Positions 48,917 to 61,368 of a stretch of 64,000 nt of DNA are shown here, piece after piece (positions within the stretch are counted from its first letter, which is position 1; each line of letters opens with the position of its first letter). The position numbers were made by a program, and so were the translations under genes. Origin of the DNA: Antedon mediterranea. Its lineage: Eukaryota > Animalia > Echinodermata. The notes under the pieces are model-generated. The model made no database searches and had not been told where the DNA came from. It saw nothing but the letters and a program-made list of their open reading frames with translations. The stretch covers positions 15,782,912 through 15,846,911 of the forward strand of contig NC_092675.1 of the NCBI RefSeq assembly GCF_964355755.1, read 5' to 3'.

Positions 48917-50485
48917 ATGGAATACATGCCGTATACATCTTTAAGTCAGGCTGCTGATGAATATGCCACATTCCCTCTGTTTCCTGTGTTGGATATAGCT
49001 CATTTCATGTTAATGGTTTTAGTGACCAGAGAAGATATTGGACATGGTGAGTATGCTAACTAACATATGAACCGATTCAGGATGGGTAGCATTTACGTAA
49101 TATTAATAGTCTGTCATAAATAGACATCAAAAAGTAGTTTATAATTGTCAAGTGTAGTGTACACACCCTGGATCTGCCCCTGATTAATAATTATTTTTTT
49201 TAACCCCTTTAGAACAAGCATAGTATAGAGAAACATTTAAAATTTAAATTTAAGCATAAATTAATTTTTATTGTGAAAAAATCTCAAATCGGTATTTATT
49301 TCTAATTATAATATATTGTATAATTAAATGAATTCCATTTGTGGGGTTTAAACTACTGAATTGAATTATTGTTATTGAATATGTTGTAGAATTGCTAAAA
49401 TTTTGTCTTTCCCAGAAATCAGTATAATAATAATAATTTAGACTTAATAAAATGTTAAAAGAATTGTATAAAAAATGTTGTAGAACGAGGTGCTCGAAAT
49501 TTTCAATTTTCACTACCCATTGCCCAGCAGAGATCGTCATATTTTATAATAATAATTATATTTAAAAGCATCTTTGCCTTGGGAAATGTAAAAATTATTT
49601 CTTTTTGTCTAGGATCATCTTTCCCAAAAAGCAACCCTCTTGTGTGCTACATGTGTAGTATGCTGACATGCTTTGCTGGTGGTATTCTAACCAATCTTCT
49701 ACTTGGAGCACCTCTTATGCAACCATTTGCTAACACTCAGGCAGTTATCACAGCTACCATTGTTTGGTATAGCTCTTTTTTATTTTCAGATGTTATCAAC
49801 TTAATTTAGGATTCAAAATTGTGTATATTTAGTTACTAAATTTGTGTTTTTTTATGCTAAATCCTTTGTTAAATTATGTTGTTAATTTTTAAAGTTTATT
49901 ATTGATTGTAATGATTTGAATTATATACAGTATCAATTCAATTGACTAAACAAATTCAACAAATAAGAGAGAAAAGATTAATTTTAATGTAATTTATAGC
50001 ACAACTAATGATGAATGATTATAGACTTGAAAAGTCATTTTATTTCTGAAATATTACTAAATCATACTATTCTCAAATAAAGTATGTGCCACAGTGTTTT
50101 GTGTGTGCTTCTAGCTGCAAATGTGACCAACATTTGATTAATATTAATTAATTAACTTTTATGATAGATTTTTGAAGACTCTGCCTTGTTTTTTTTAATC
50201 ATTAATATACATTTATTTGAAGGTACCTTGTGTTCTACTCGCCTGGTGATTTCTTCTACAAAATGATCATAACAACACCAGGCAAGTTGGTGATCATATC
50301 CCTAAAGGAGTTAGCTAGGGCTCGTAAGATTTCTATGGGTATTGCACAGTCAGAGGTTTTGTACCCTGATGCTGTATTCATCATGATTATGGTTGGTGCT
50401 GCTAAAGGTATTTTATTTATTATTTATTTATACTGGTTAACCTCTTAATTTTTTTAAGTGCACATGAGCTAGATGTGTACACTGA

Positions 50486-50517
<32 letters not shown>

Positions 50518-53500
50518 TTGTTCTACAACCAGAACCATGGAGCGAGTGAGCCTCAAACCCTTGCCAAAGTTATGGTTGTGGTTCCACTGTTTTAACCACT
50601 CGACCACTCACTTGCTCAGTAACTGCACTGTCAGAATAATGCCCCTTTCACATTGACCAAAAAAGAGTTAACACACATCAGGACGTCTATTGGCATTTTG
50701 TATGGTGTGAGCCCATGTGTGTGTGAAAGGGATATTATTAAAATTCTAGATACCAGGGATGTCACCACGCTGGTCGGCGCTGGTCGGCCCCGACCAGCAC
50801 TCAACATTTCCGACCAGGATTTACAGGCTGCCGACCACCACTATTATTTATTAATCATTACGATATTTATATTAGGCCTAGGCCTAACTAAAATTCGTAC
50901 TAAAACATTTTACCTAGCACATCGTTAATAACAGACAAGCTAGCCTCATATAGATAAGACAAAAGACTACAGCAAATGTTTCCGTGGTTACGTACGTTAC
51001 TTTATTTGTAACACAATACCAGGCCTACCCTGCCCTGGTATTCATTGTTACAGCTTGTGAGTCATGGCGAACAACGTGCTACACAGCACAGTGTACAAGT
51101 TTAAAGTTCACATAGCGACCATTCAAGCGTTTTATTTTGCACAGATTAAAAATACAAACAAGTACGCAGTAATTAAAATTGTACAACTACATGGACCTAA
51201 ACAAAATCATTTTTAATTGCTGAATGTTTTGTCACCCTGCTTTAATTATATTATGTTACTAGTTTTACATTTTTGTACTCTACGAACTATTAAAAAAAAT
51301 AAAAAAACATGCGCATGGTTCAGTGAGACCGGGCAAGTTCGTTCGCCGAGCATGGTACAATAATTACATGTCCCTGGGATAACTTCAGGTTGCTGAACTT
51401 CAGTTAACCCATAAACACGTGTCTGTTCTTGCCGGCCATGCACTACATGCTTGCCGCACAGTTGTGAAACAAAAAATCCGGAATTCGCGAATACGCTAAA
51501 AAACTCTCGCGCAAAAGAACACGAACATTATATCGAGCAACAAGTAGTAAGGTCTAGGCTAATAATTTATCTACAGTATTTGATTAGGGATTAGGCCTAA
51601 ATAAGGAAGCGCCTGTTTTTGTGGAATTCAGATTTTGGGGCATCTATCTAAGCCTTGGCTAGGCCTAGTGGTCGTAGTGTCTACAAGGCTAGGCCTAAGC
51701 CTGACGCGATCTATTGCTATTCATTTCGTAAGCGTTTTTTTGTTTTCGCGAATAATAACGGCGACTCCCCGGTGGTACAAGGTTAGGCCTAGACCTGACG
51801 CAATTTGTTATTTATTTTCATAGTTCTTTATGTTTCGCTAAAATAACGACAAACCCCCCGGGGGGGTTTGTCGTTATTTTAGCGACCGGCACTCCAAAAA
51901 GCTGGTGACATCCCTGAGATACTAATTAAAAAAAAAAAAATTATTTTCACAATCCCACTGTGGAAATAACTGTCAAAAGATATTTTCGGTGTCATAAATA
52001 TGATTTATATGACGTTTGAATCCTGTCTCTTATATCTTGCTTTTTTTAATTTAAAGTAATTTAGACACGAAATAGCGAGATGTACGCTAGTTTAAATGCG
52101 GTGAATTTTTACGAAAGAGATGAAAATTTGACATTTTAAATTCAACTGGCCATATGATGACGTCTTGACATCATATAGACAAAATGTTTATGAATTCATA
52201 TCTACAATTCAACAGCTTCCATAATAAGTTTTAATCATGCACTTCACTTTTTATTCTGAGGAGCTATAACAGATTGAAATATACTGTATAGACGAAATTA
52301 AATAAAGTCACATTATTCTAATTTTTTTAATATGATGACGTAATAAAAATTTAATTTTTTTAACGCATGTTAAAGAGAATTGATTGAGAAAGAACATATT
52401 TAAATCTTGGGCAAAATAGGATAAGCATTTGGGCAAAATTGGTTAAGCATAAGCGCAATGCGCTCTATTAACTTGGATTAACTAGTACAAAAGAGAAAAA
52501 AAGAAATTTTAAAAATTAGAGTGGCCATTATAGTGACGTCACATCTGGTAGGTACAAATTTACATGAATTGATATCGACAACTCATCAGCTTCCATAATA
52601 CATTAAAAAAAATAGGGTAACCTGCCATCCTGAGGAGATATAACTGATTAAAAATAGGTATATTTTTGCACAAATTTGCATTAAATTACCTACATGTACA
52701 GCCCCATTAGAGAATGTGTTCATTTTTACCCGAAGACACACTAATATTAAAGTTTAACGTGCACATGCGTTGTTATATTGCATTAAAGTTCATTAAAATG
52801 AATGAAATCTACTACAGGTGGTATGAAAAACAAAAATCAATTGCAAAAAAACATTTTTCTACGCTTTGTACGAGCTGTGCACACAAGCACGTGGGAAAAA
52901 TGCAACCAAATGAAGTTTCTTGCACATCTACAGTTAGAGGTCAATCTTCTGACCAACTTATACAATCTCATGTTGACAAGCATTAGAGTGCAACAACATA
53001 TCAATGTGTTGAAGAAATTTGGATACGTAGAATATGGAAGCGCTCTTTTAAATTTCATGAACATGACTCAAAATATGAAAACACGACTTTTATAATTTAA
53101 CAAAATCCGATGCGCAAAATTCGTATCTACAATTCAACAGCGTTTTAATCATGAGTAGACTACAATCTGAGCAATTTATTGAAACGATGAAATTATGTGA
53201 CCCAAGTTATTCAGGCTTTTGCACATGAGGACATCATCAACATTTTTTAAAATGGCAAATCATGCGAAAGATAATTGATTGACCTAAACAATATTAAAAT
53301 CTGAGGGAAATGGAATACGGGTGTAAGTGGAGATGCACTCTATTACATGTGACGACCTATGACGAAATAGACAAAAATCCTATATTTTATATTCGAGTGG
53401 CCATACGATGATGTCACAATGTCCGGTTAGCCATATTGATTCATGATCCGATATCTACAACTCATCAACTTCCAGAACAGAACACTATTTAGTTTAGAAA

Positions 53501-54887
53501 CTATGACAGTTTAAAAAAAGGCATAATCTTGATGAATTTTTTTATCAAACACGGGTGTGAATTATCCAATTTGAAGTGCTCGTATGACGTGAATTGAAGT
53601 CTAAATTGTTTAAAATTTGTTAAAATTACTAGAAAAGGCTGTAAAAACATAATTCACACAAAAAAAGATGTATTTAGCGCTACGTGCGCATCTTGCACAT
53701 AAAAAATGTGTGCGCGCTTGGAAATGCTTAAAATGACATGAAACGCGTAGAAAGTTGATTAGAAATTGATTTTTCGCATTGTAAAATTTAAAATGCGTGT
53801 GCGCATGTAACTTTCCGTGAAACATGCCATTTATATTCCACAGATAATTTTAGATAAATTTTCACTAAGTTTCAATTTAAATTGTTATATTGTTTTCGAC
53901 CTATGTTAAATACGCGAAATTCATAAAATCATACGTAACTTACGCTACGCGACTCTAAAGTCATATAACGAATTCTATCTACAGCTACAGGTAAATCTTA
54001 TGACAAAGTTATACAATCTTACTGTATGTTGGCCAGAATTAGAGATACGCTGTGAAAAAAATTTGTGGAAAGATCGTGACAATAACAAGGGGTTATTCGC
54101 CAACCAAATATACTAAATTTAACTTTTTTAAATTTACATTCAGCTAATGGCAGTAGCTTGATGAAGAATTTTGAAAGGCTGTTACGTGGAACGTGGAATC
54201 CCAGTACGAATGAGCTTATCACTCCATCATTGTAAGTAATCTACAAATTTGATCCTTACAAACAATTACTAACTAAAAATTAGTTAATTTTGTTTATTTT
54301 AGACTTCAATGTATTAAATCATAGAGATATTATAGATACTATAATATCTCTATGATTAAATACATTGACTTTACAAACGCTGTACATATGATGTATATAT
54401 GTGCTACACTATATTTCAAACAAGTTAATAAATGTATATAATTAGATTAAGATAATTAAAACATGTTTCAAGCTGATATGTTGATGCTTAATAGTAAAAT
54501 ATTGTTTTTATTCTATTTTTTATATGCAAGAGGGTGGTCAGTTTTCATCAAATATCGCATATGTTCTATTTACATTTATTTCCTTTAAAAATCAGAAATT
54601 ACAAAATATTTAATAATTGATTTGTTTTTAGCACACTGAAGGCATCTGTGATTGGTAGTACACTTTTAGTACTGCAGAAGCTTGGCTACATACCAATAGA
54701 ATACAACGTTCTCATGATGTTTATCTCCTTGTCTACAATGAGTTTCAAAATTGGTGTGTTGTTCTTTGACATAAACGATCCATTCAACTTCATTGAGGAC
54801 TACACAAAGCCATCGATGTTTGGGAGATCAGAGTACGCAAATAAAGCTGAAGTTCAAAAGAAACCGAGGAAGTCAAAAGGAGAATGA
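48917..54887 (+). CDS. TMEM38: Trimeric intracellular cation channel (TRIC/TMEM38), 270 aa
   Basis: Exons 48917-49046, 49613-49766, 50223-50407, 54144-54231, 54632-54887 give 813 nt in frame. Motifs: FPVLDIAHF, CFAGGIL, WYLVFYSPGD, KELARARKI, FERLLRGTW..NEL..PSF, DPF. Confidence 0.93.
50754..51916. mobile_element. hAT-like MITE with 6-bp TSD in TMEM38 intron 3
   Basis: TIR cagggatgtcacca / tggtgacatccctg; agatac on both flanks (50748-50753, 51917-51922). Confidence 0.75.
52020..54100. repeat. Degenerate internally repetitive interspersed element
   Basis: The block tggccat..atgacgtc..atatctacaa(c/t)tca(t/a)cagcttcca recurs at ~52147, 52521, 53125 and 53397. The composition resembles HINE bodies. 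Confidence 0.45.
54320..54354. mobile_element. 35-bp TIR-only micro-element with 7-bp TSD
   Basis: catagagatattatag-ata-ctataatatctctatg flanked by attaaat on both sides. Confidence 0.65.
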
Positions 54888-57279
54888 ACAAATTATAGAT
54901 TTGAGTGAAATGAATATGCCGTCCGTTTTTTTTATTTCAAGCCACTTGTGATTAATTATGCCCAAATATGGAGTCATTTTTATGCAGAAAAGAAACCATA
55001 ACATAAATTGCCAAAATTTGAACCATAACATTTCATAAATAAAGCTAAATCTAATTAATTGAAAGTTTAAGGAAGGAAAGTATATCAATCATTTTTAATA
55101 AGTAGCCACATCTTTTGTACTGTATACATACTATTGTATATGGTTAGATTATAATACATGATGCATATTTAAAACAAAACATTTTGTATTTGTTTATGCA
55201 GTGAGTATGTTTTTAGTAATGATTTAATTGCAGGCCTTGTCTTTGAAAATTGTAGGCATGCTAAAAATTGCACTTCTCAATACATTCAGTGGTGGTATAG
55301 GTGTGCTGTTTGTATGCTGGTGTGTAGAAGTTTACCAAATTTAAGTGTGTTTAAATCGCACTTCTCAAGGGCAGTTTAGTATAGTGTGTTAGGTGAGTGA
55401 TCACCAAGCTCGCCTTAAATTATTTTCAATGAAGTTCTATTTAGAATTGGAATTTCTATACATTTTGTGCAGTTACCATTTTAATTAATTTAAATAAAAA
55501 CTTTTAGTTATGGATTGCTGTTTTTGAACTAATATGTTAACAATTTATACAATCATAATGAATAATATATTATTATAATAATATTATGATCTTTAAAAGC
55601 AACAAAACAACTATCTTCAGTAAGTCTCTGGTTCATATGTACATTTTTTGAAACACTTTTTGAATAATAGATATTGAATATTAATTTGTGATTTTGTAAT
55701 TTACAGAACGGTATTTTTTTGTTAAATGCGATTTATTTAGGTTTTATCAACTCAGTGTTTGTTGCTTACTTTAATGAAATAAAGAGAAACTGAAATTTCC
55801 AATTGATGTGGACACATTAACATTTTTATACACAATTATTAGAAAATGATTATAGTACACCGATTATGAATATAAATTGTTAGAACAGTGCATAGTGATT
55901 TTGTAATGCATTAACAGTATGGTATATTATTTTGTTAAATGTAATTTATCAACTCTGTGTTTTTTTTCCCAATTCATTTGGACACAGTACTGGTCAAGCT
56001 TTAATATATATAATATTGGATGCAATTTCAATAAAAATGTTCAACTGTACAGTTCAGGATATGAATTTAAAATACAAATGAATGACTATTTACTTTTATT
56101 ATTTTTATAGAAATATTTCAGTGAAAAATACACAAAATTGTCCAGTGGACCATTTTATACTAGTAATTTCTCGTCTGGGTTTGCCACAAATTATAAGCCA
56201 TTATATTAATACTAATTTAGCCAATAAATCTAAGTTCAACAGCATTAATAGGAAAGTGCCAAACTGGAGCATGCCATCAATATCATTTTACAATATCAGT
56301 CGAGACAACACAAATTGTAATAAGAAAAGAGTCATAATTCTATGTTTTGTATTATGTTTATTTATTTACAAATGAATAAATGGAGTGTTGATGAAATACA
56401 ATATGTCTCCTTCCATACTGTATATACATTTCTCTATTCATAAATAAAATATTATTATACTGTTCTGGCACTTCCCAGACAATGGTGGTTTTACAATATT
56501 TACAAACATAAAATCAGATGAAAAAAACAGAATTAAATCAAACTAATTATGTTTAAAGAACTGACTACAGTACAGTTCTGTAAACATAATAAGAGTATAA
56601 AATCATCCTCATATCACATTATACTATTGGTTAAAACTGCCTCAGACAAAAGTATTTATGCTATGTACCAGCACTGTATTAAGGATAAGAATGAACAAAA
56701 GAAGGAAACGATATCTCAACACTATTTTAGCCAGTGAAACCAAATATATTCCATTTCTCTAATGAGAGTATCCACTTTGGTATTCAACAGTTGTCAGTAC
56801 ACTCATATTACAGAAATTATTCAAATATTCCCTTGTATACAATGTAGTCCTTTCAGAATACAATATTCTACCCTTACAAGACATTGAGTGTTGCTAATCA
56901 ATCTGACAAAAGTTTCTTGGATCAAACATAGTTTCATTTTCAGTCATTGTTCTGAATGCATTTAATCACAACACACTAGATGTTCCAATATGCATTTTCT
57001 GCTTGTCAGTGGATAATTCGTAAAATTGTCTGCAAAAACAACAAAATAAAAAGGTTAATAACTAATATAAATATGATTAGAAAATACAAATAACATAAAG
57101 CAAAATTCAGTACATAATAATATATAATGTTAAGAAATGTACAACACAGGACTGTAATTTGCGAAAAAAGACAAATTAAACGCGTTGGATTATTCAGATT
57201 TGCCGTTTCTGGGTTATGGATATACAGTATATAAATCTAGTAATTACCATCTTACCAGAGTTCCTCTGGTGTCTCTTGG

Positions 57280-60058
57280 TCAGAGTTCCTCTGGTGTATC
57301 TTTCACAGTGTATTGGCAGTGTTGTTGGTATGGTCTCTGTAATGGATGAGCTAAGAACATTGCCATTTTATCATGTAGCTGTGTGATGTTCTTACCAACC
57401 TCATTGATGTAAGCGCGGTTCATCTCGTCCATATCAAGAAAGACATCATAAACTTCCTGTTAAAGTAAAAGATCTTTGAGTTTTGTAACTACAATTACAA
57501 AAAGGACCAGGTTTTCTGATCTTGAGATCTTGGGTTTGAATCCAACATTCGAAGCATTGCTTGTATCTATCCGTAGGCAAGACACTTTACTTAGATTTGC
57601 CTCTCTACATCCAGGTGTACAAATAGGTACCTGGTAAGGTCAAGACACAAGTTTGCACTGATACTAGCTGCATTATGGGAGTATGTTTCCATACGTGTTT
57701 GATCCAAAAATTACCGGGGTAATAATATGTACAGTGCTTGGAGGTTTCACAACAGTACAAGCACTTTATAAATCCAGTGCATATAGACTAAAAGTGGAAA
57801 TGATGGTAAACAAGCCTAACTTGTGACGATACTATCAGCAGAATAGCTTTACTTACCTTACATTTATTTTCTTCTGCTGGCGCTTCATGGATATAAAACA
57901 CATCCATAAAAAAGTACGGAGATTTCAAGAAATACTGACATATCTAATGATTTTAAAACATTCAACAAATTATTTTCCATTAAGCTGCTGGTACAGTATT
58001 ACATTATAGTAAAGGAGCGTTCAACTTGAAATGGCCTACGCATTATGTCGTTGGTCATGGTCTGGACCTAGAATCTGGAAAAACTGTGTTTAGGAATTGG
58101 GTAAGCGAGTGAGGAATGTCCCTGCATGCACACAATGCATAGATTATTGTTGAAATAAATAAATGCACCTGACCAACTAGTTACTAGGTAGCTTTCGATT
58201 AGCGATGATCTACATAAGTCAAGGCAATAAATGTTATGTTGAGGTGGAAATCGAGGGAACACGTCTCAATATCCCTGCATATGCACAATGAATTAACATG
58301 ACATTGGTAAGGGTCGTAAGTCGTCACAAATCAAAAGATTCCTAATGATAGATATAACAATTTAATGGGGATGTTGATATACAGTAAAACCAACTCACCT
58401 CTTTATTAGCACCAAATGTAGGTATACATTTTGAACGACCATAAATCATTATTGTTCTCACTATGTATGGAGGTGGGAGGAGTTCATTTTCCACTGTGGG
58501 TAACGTTACATTCTCATGCCTGTAAAATAATTTATATATATTAAAATGTTGCACTGATGAAGGGCTAGTGTTGCCCAAAAGCTCTGCAAATTTGTCTGAA
58601 TGTTTTTATTTAGCTATTTGCTTTTTCTATTTTGTATCTCCATTGAGATCTAGACACTGATACATATGGCATTGTCATTTATTCCGTAATTTGCCTTTGG
58701 ATTTATATTAAAATGGGTATATTTTCAAGGAGACAATAATTGTATTATTAATCAAATTAAAACTAATTTTAACGGACTTTGATTGTTATTTGGAAAATCA
58801 TTTTAATCACAATATTAAATTTATGTTATCGAGATTAAATTGAGAAATAAAAAGAGGATAGCTCAAATAGCTTGAGAAGCATATTTTCTCGTACAATATA
58901 GTGTAAAATCCAAACTGGGTATAATTGACCCAATATTTCTGGTTTTCCAAAAAGTCTAGTTTTCAGAATGCACTATGAATTGGAAAGTTTCTGGTAAAAT
59001 TACTAAAAATGGTGCCGGAGGAGGTGCAAAGAGAGTGGGTTTAACAAATCTGATTCATTAATACTAAAAACATACAATGTTTCAAACAGTGATGACATGT
59101 CAAACTCTTCACAGTCTTGCTTCTCTGCATTAAGGTCATACAGGTCATCTATGAACTCACTGCAGTCATTCGTAAAATCTTGATACTGAAATAGCAAAAA
59201 GAAACAATAAAGATTATCTGTCAAGCAATCATCTCAGATAAATAAATTAAACAGATAGGCCAGTATTCATGAAAGGGGATTAACATTATAGTCCTGGATT
59301 ATCTCTGGGATTTAATCCAGGACTATTCTAAAACGGTATTCATGAAAGTAATCTTTACTGTAGCTTCTTCTTTCATAAGATAAATTACACGCACCAACAG
59401 TGGGGTTGGTAGTCTATGAGTGCAGCTTACCTGGATGAACCAACACTACCAATCCGTAGTGTTGGTTTATCTAGGTAAGCTACTAGGCACGAAATATACC
59501 TTATACTAATAAAAAGCTGGTAGCACTACTTTCTATTTTACATTTCAGTACTACTAAAATCCAAACATGAAAATAAAAACATTATTATTACAACATTGAA
59601 ATGTTGTCAAAAAAAAGTCAATGTTGAAAATAAAATGTCCTCAAATTGAACTTCATAATTCTTTTTTATATATAATTTAAAATAATCTTACCCATATAGC
59701 TTTCTCTTGAAGTACAACCAACGCAAATTCGTGGTTAGCATTGATTGCGTTCTTTGTTTGAATAAAAATATGTAACACATTTTGTATTAGTGATGAACTA
59801 TTAAATTGTGTTCTGGAATAAAAAAAAAAATTTTTAAATTATTATTGATTTAAAATGATAGGTAAAATGACTAATCTATACAGACTACATTAAAATGAAT
59901 GTTTAAATATTCTACTGTACAATCTTCAATTTCATTCCAGTGGAAATTCAAACCTTAACACATATTTCTATTTCAGAGAGGTAAACTTTTTAAGCTTACC
60001 CATCTCGACCAACAAATGGAACATTGTCAACTTCTGATGATAGATCAAAACAAATAAC
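57280..60058 (-). CDS. BABAM1: BRISC and BRCA1-A complex member 1 (MERIT40/NBA1), 3' six coding exons; the 5' end lies beyond the window
   Basis: Exons 60058-60000, 59812-59692, 59185-59076, 58519-58399, 57943-57857, 57456-57280 give 675 nt in frame. Motifs: VICFDLS, HEFALVV, PPPYIVRTIMIYGR, PYFFMDVFYIH, LAHPLQRP. Confidence 0.93.
57505..57770 (+). mobile_element. Degenerate tRNA-derived SINE in a BABAM1 intron
   Basis: B-box-like gggtttgaatcc followed by ggcaagacacttt..ctctctacatccaggtgta..ggtacc, a common SINE central-domain pattern. Confidence 0.55.
58549..58589 (+). ncRNA. Minimal type I hammerhead ribozyme motif in a Penelope-like fragment (58535-58700)
   Basis: ttgca-CTGATGA-a-gggc(tagtgtt)gccc-AAAA-gctc-tgcaa. 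Stems I and II are perfect, the AGCT palindrome forms stem III, and G12 is changed to A. Confidence 0.65.
59425..59481. repeat. Intronic hairpin (mini-MITE-like)
   Basis: agcttacctggatgaaccaacactac-caatcc-gtagtgttggtttatctaggtaagct. Confidence 0.6.
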
Positions 60059-60227
60059 CTGAAATTGAAAAATATTAACTTTATAATCATCATACCCATG
60101 ACTTTAATTAAGAGTCTTTCTACTAAGTACTAAAAGTGGATTACTAGTACTAGTGATTGCTGTGACCATATCCAAACTAAGTGTAGTAAATATAACACCC
60201 CCACCTCCCTTGTTCTGCCCTCCTGGC

Positions 60228-61349
60228 GGGTGCAGGTCAAGTCGGCCCCAAACCGTCTCGGCCAAAGTCAAGTCGGCCCCACGTCAAGTTGGCCCCAAGT
60301 CAACTTGGCCTCAAGTCAACTCGGCCTCAAGTCAACTCGGCCTCACGTCAGCTCGGCCAAAAACTAATCGGTCAACTCGGCCACAATAAAGTATGGAACG
60401 CAAAAAGTGCTTAATATTATTATGATTATTACTATCCACTCTTTAAAAAAAAATAAGAAAAATACTCATATCAAAAAAATGATCGCATTGCCGATATGAA
60501 TAGAAGTACACGCGTGTTACAAAATATGTGCAGGTACCACATTTTAGTAAATCGAAGACGTAGGCCTACGTTCCACCATTGGCCATAGAAAAATGATCGT
60601 ACATATCGTTTTTGTCCATGATTTGCGTTTTTAAAAAAGGGAAAACACGTAGCAGTTGTAGATATCGAAATAGCTGTCAAATGCTCAGCTACGAATTGGT
60701 TTCAGATGTTGTCGCCTAATCAAATGCATACACTGAAGAAATCTATGCGTGATTCAACCATGGAGTTAACATTATTTAATACCTCAATGATTCAACCAAA
60801 CAATCTTATTACACCTAATAAATGTCCTCGCATATCGGACATTTATTGAATTTTGATGCACGAACGAACATACACGCCCACGTACGTGCATCATCATTAT
60901 TGGGTCTACAATGTGTTCCTATTTATTTTCCAAATGTTCATATTGTAATCATTAATAATAGTACAAATGCTAGCTTATTAATCAATTGTTTGTTAATTTT
61001 ATTAAACGTAAATAAAGGAAAGATGGTGAAATCCTTCTTATTTTTTTTTGCTAAATGTATTATTGTCTAAATATTAATATTTATTAAAAGTCAGAATTAT
61101 TCATAGGTAAAAAAATGTGAAGAAATATTATTTTATCAATCCCCTTCCTTTGCACCTTTTGCATTCAATACTTTAACAGGGCCGAGTTGACCGATTATTT
61201 TTTGGCCGAGTTGACGTGAGGCCGAGTTGACGTGATGCCGAGTTGACTTGAGGCTGAGTTGATTTGAGGCCGAGTTGACTTGGGGCCGAGTTGACTTGAG
61301 GCCGACTTGACTTTCGCCGAGACGGTTTAGGGCCGACTTGGATCGAAAT
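60228..61349. mobile_element. MULE-like foldback MITE with 15-bp repeat arms
   Basis: Arms of (aagtcaactcggcct)n at 60238-60385 are inverted at 61180-61340. TSD (c)ctcctggc of 8-9 bp at 60219-60227 and 61350-61358. Confidence 0.8.
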
Positions 61350-61368
61350 CCTCCTGGCTAGTAGCTAG

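Noticed and set aside
56750-57028. Additional BABAM1 coding exon
   Set aside because: Stops in all frames, and the conserved C-terminus and stop lie in the preceding exon; treated as 3' UTR.
57505-57560. tRNA gene
   Set aside because: Only a decayed B-box; no cloverleaf, and it continues into a SINE body.
48917-60058. Functional ion-handling cluster linking the otopetrins with TMEM38 and BABAM1
   Set aside because: Adjacency alone is not evidence in a metazoan genome; no shared regulatory feature is visible.
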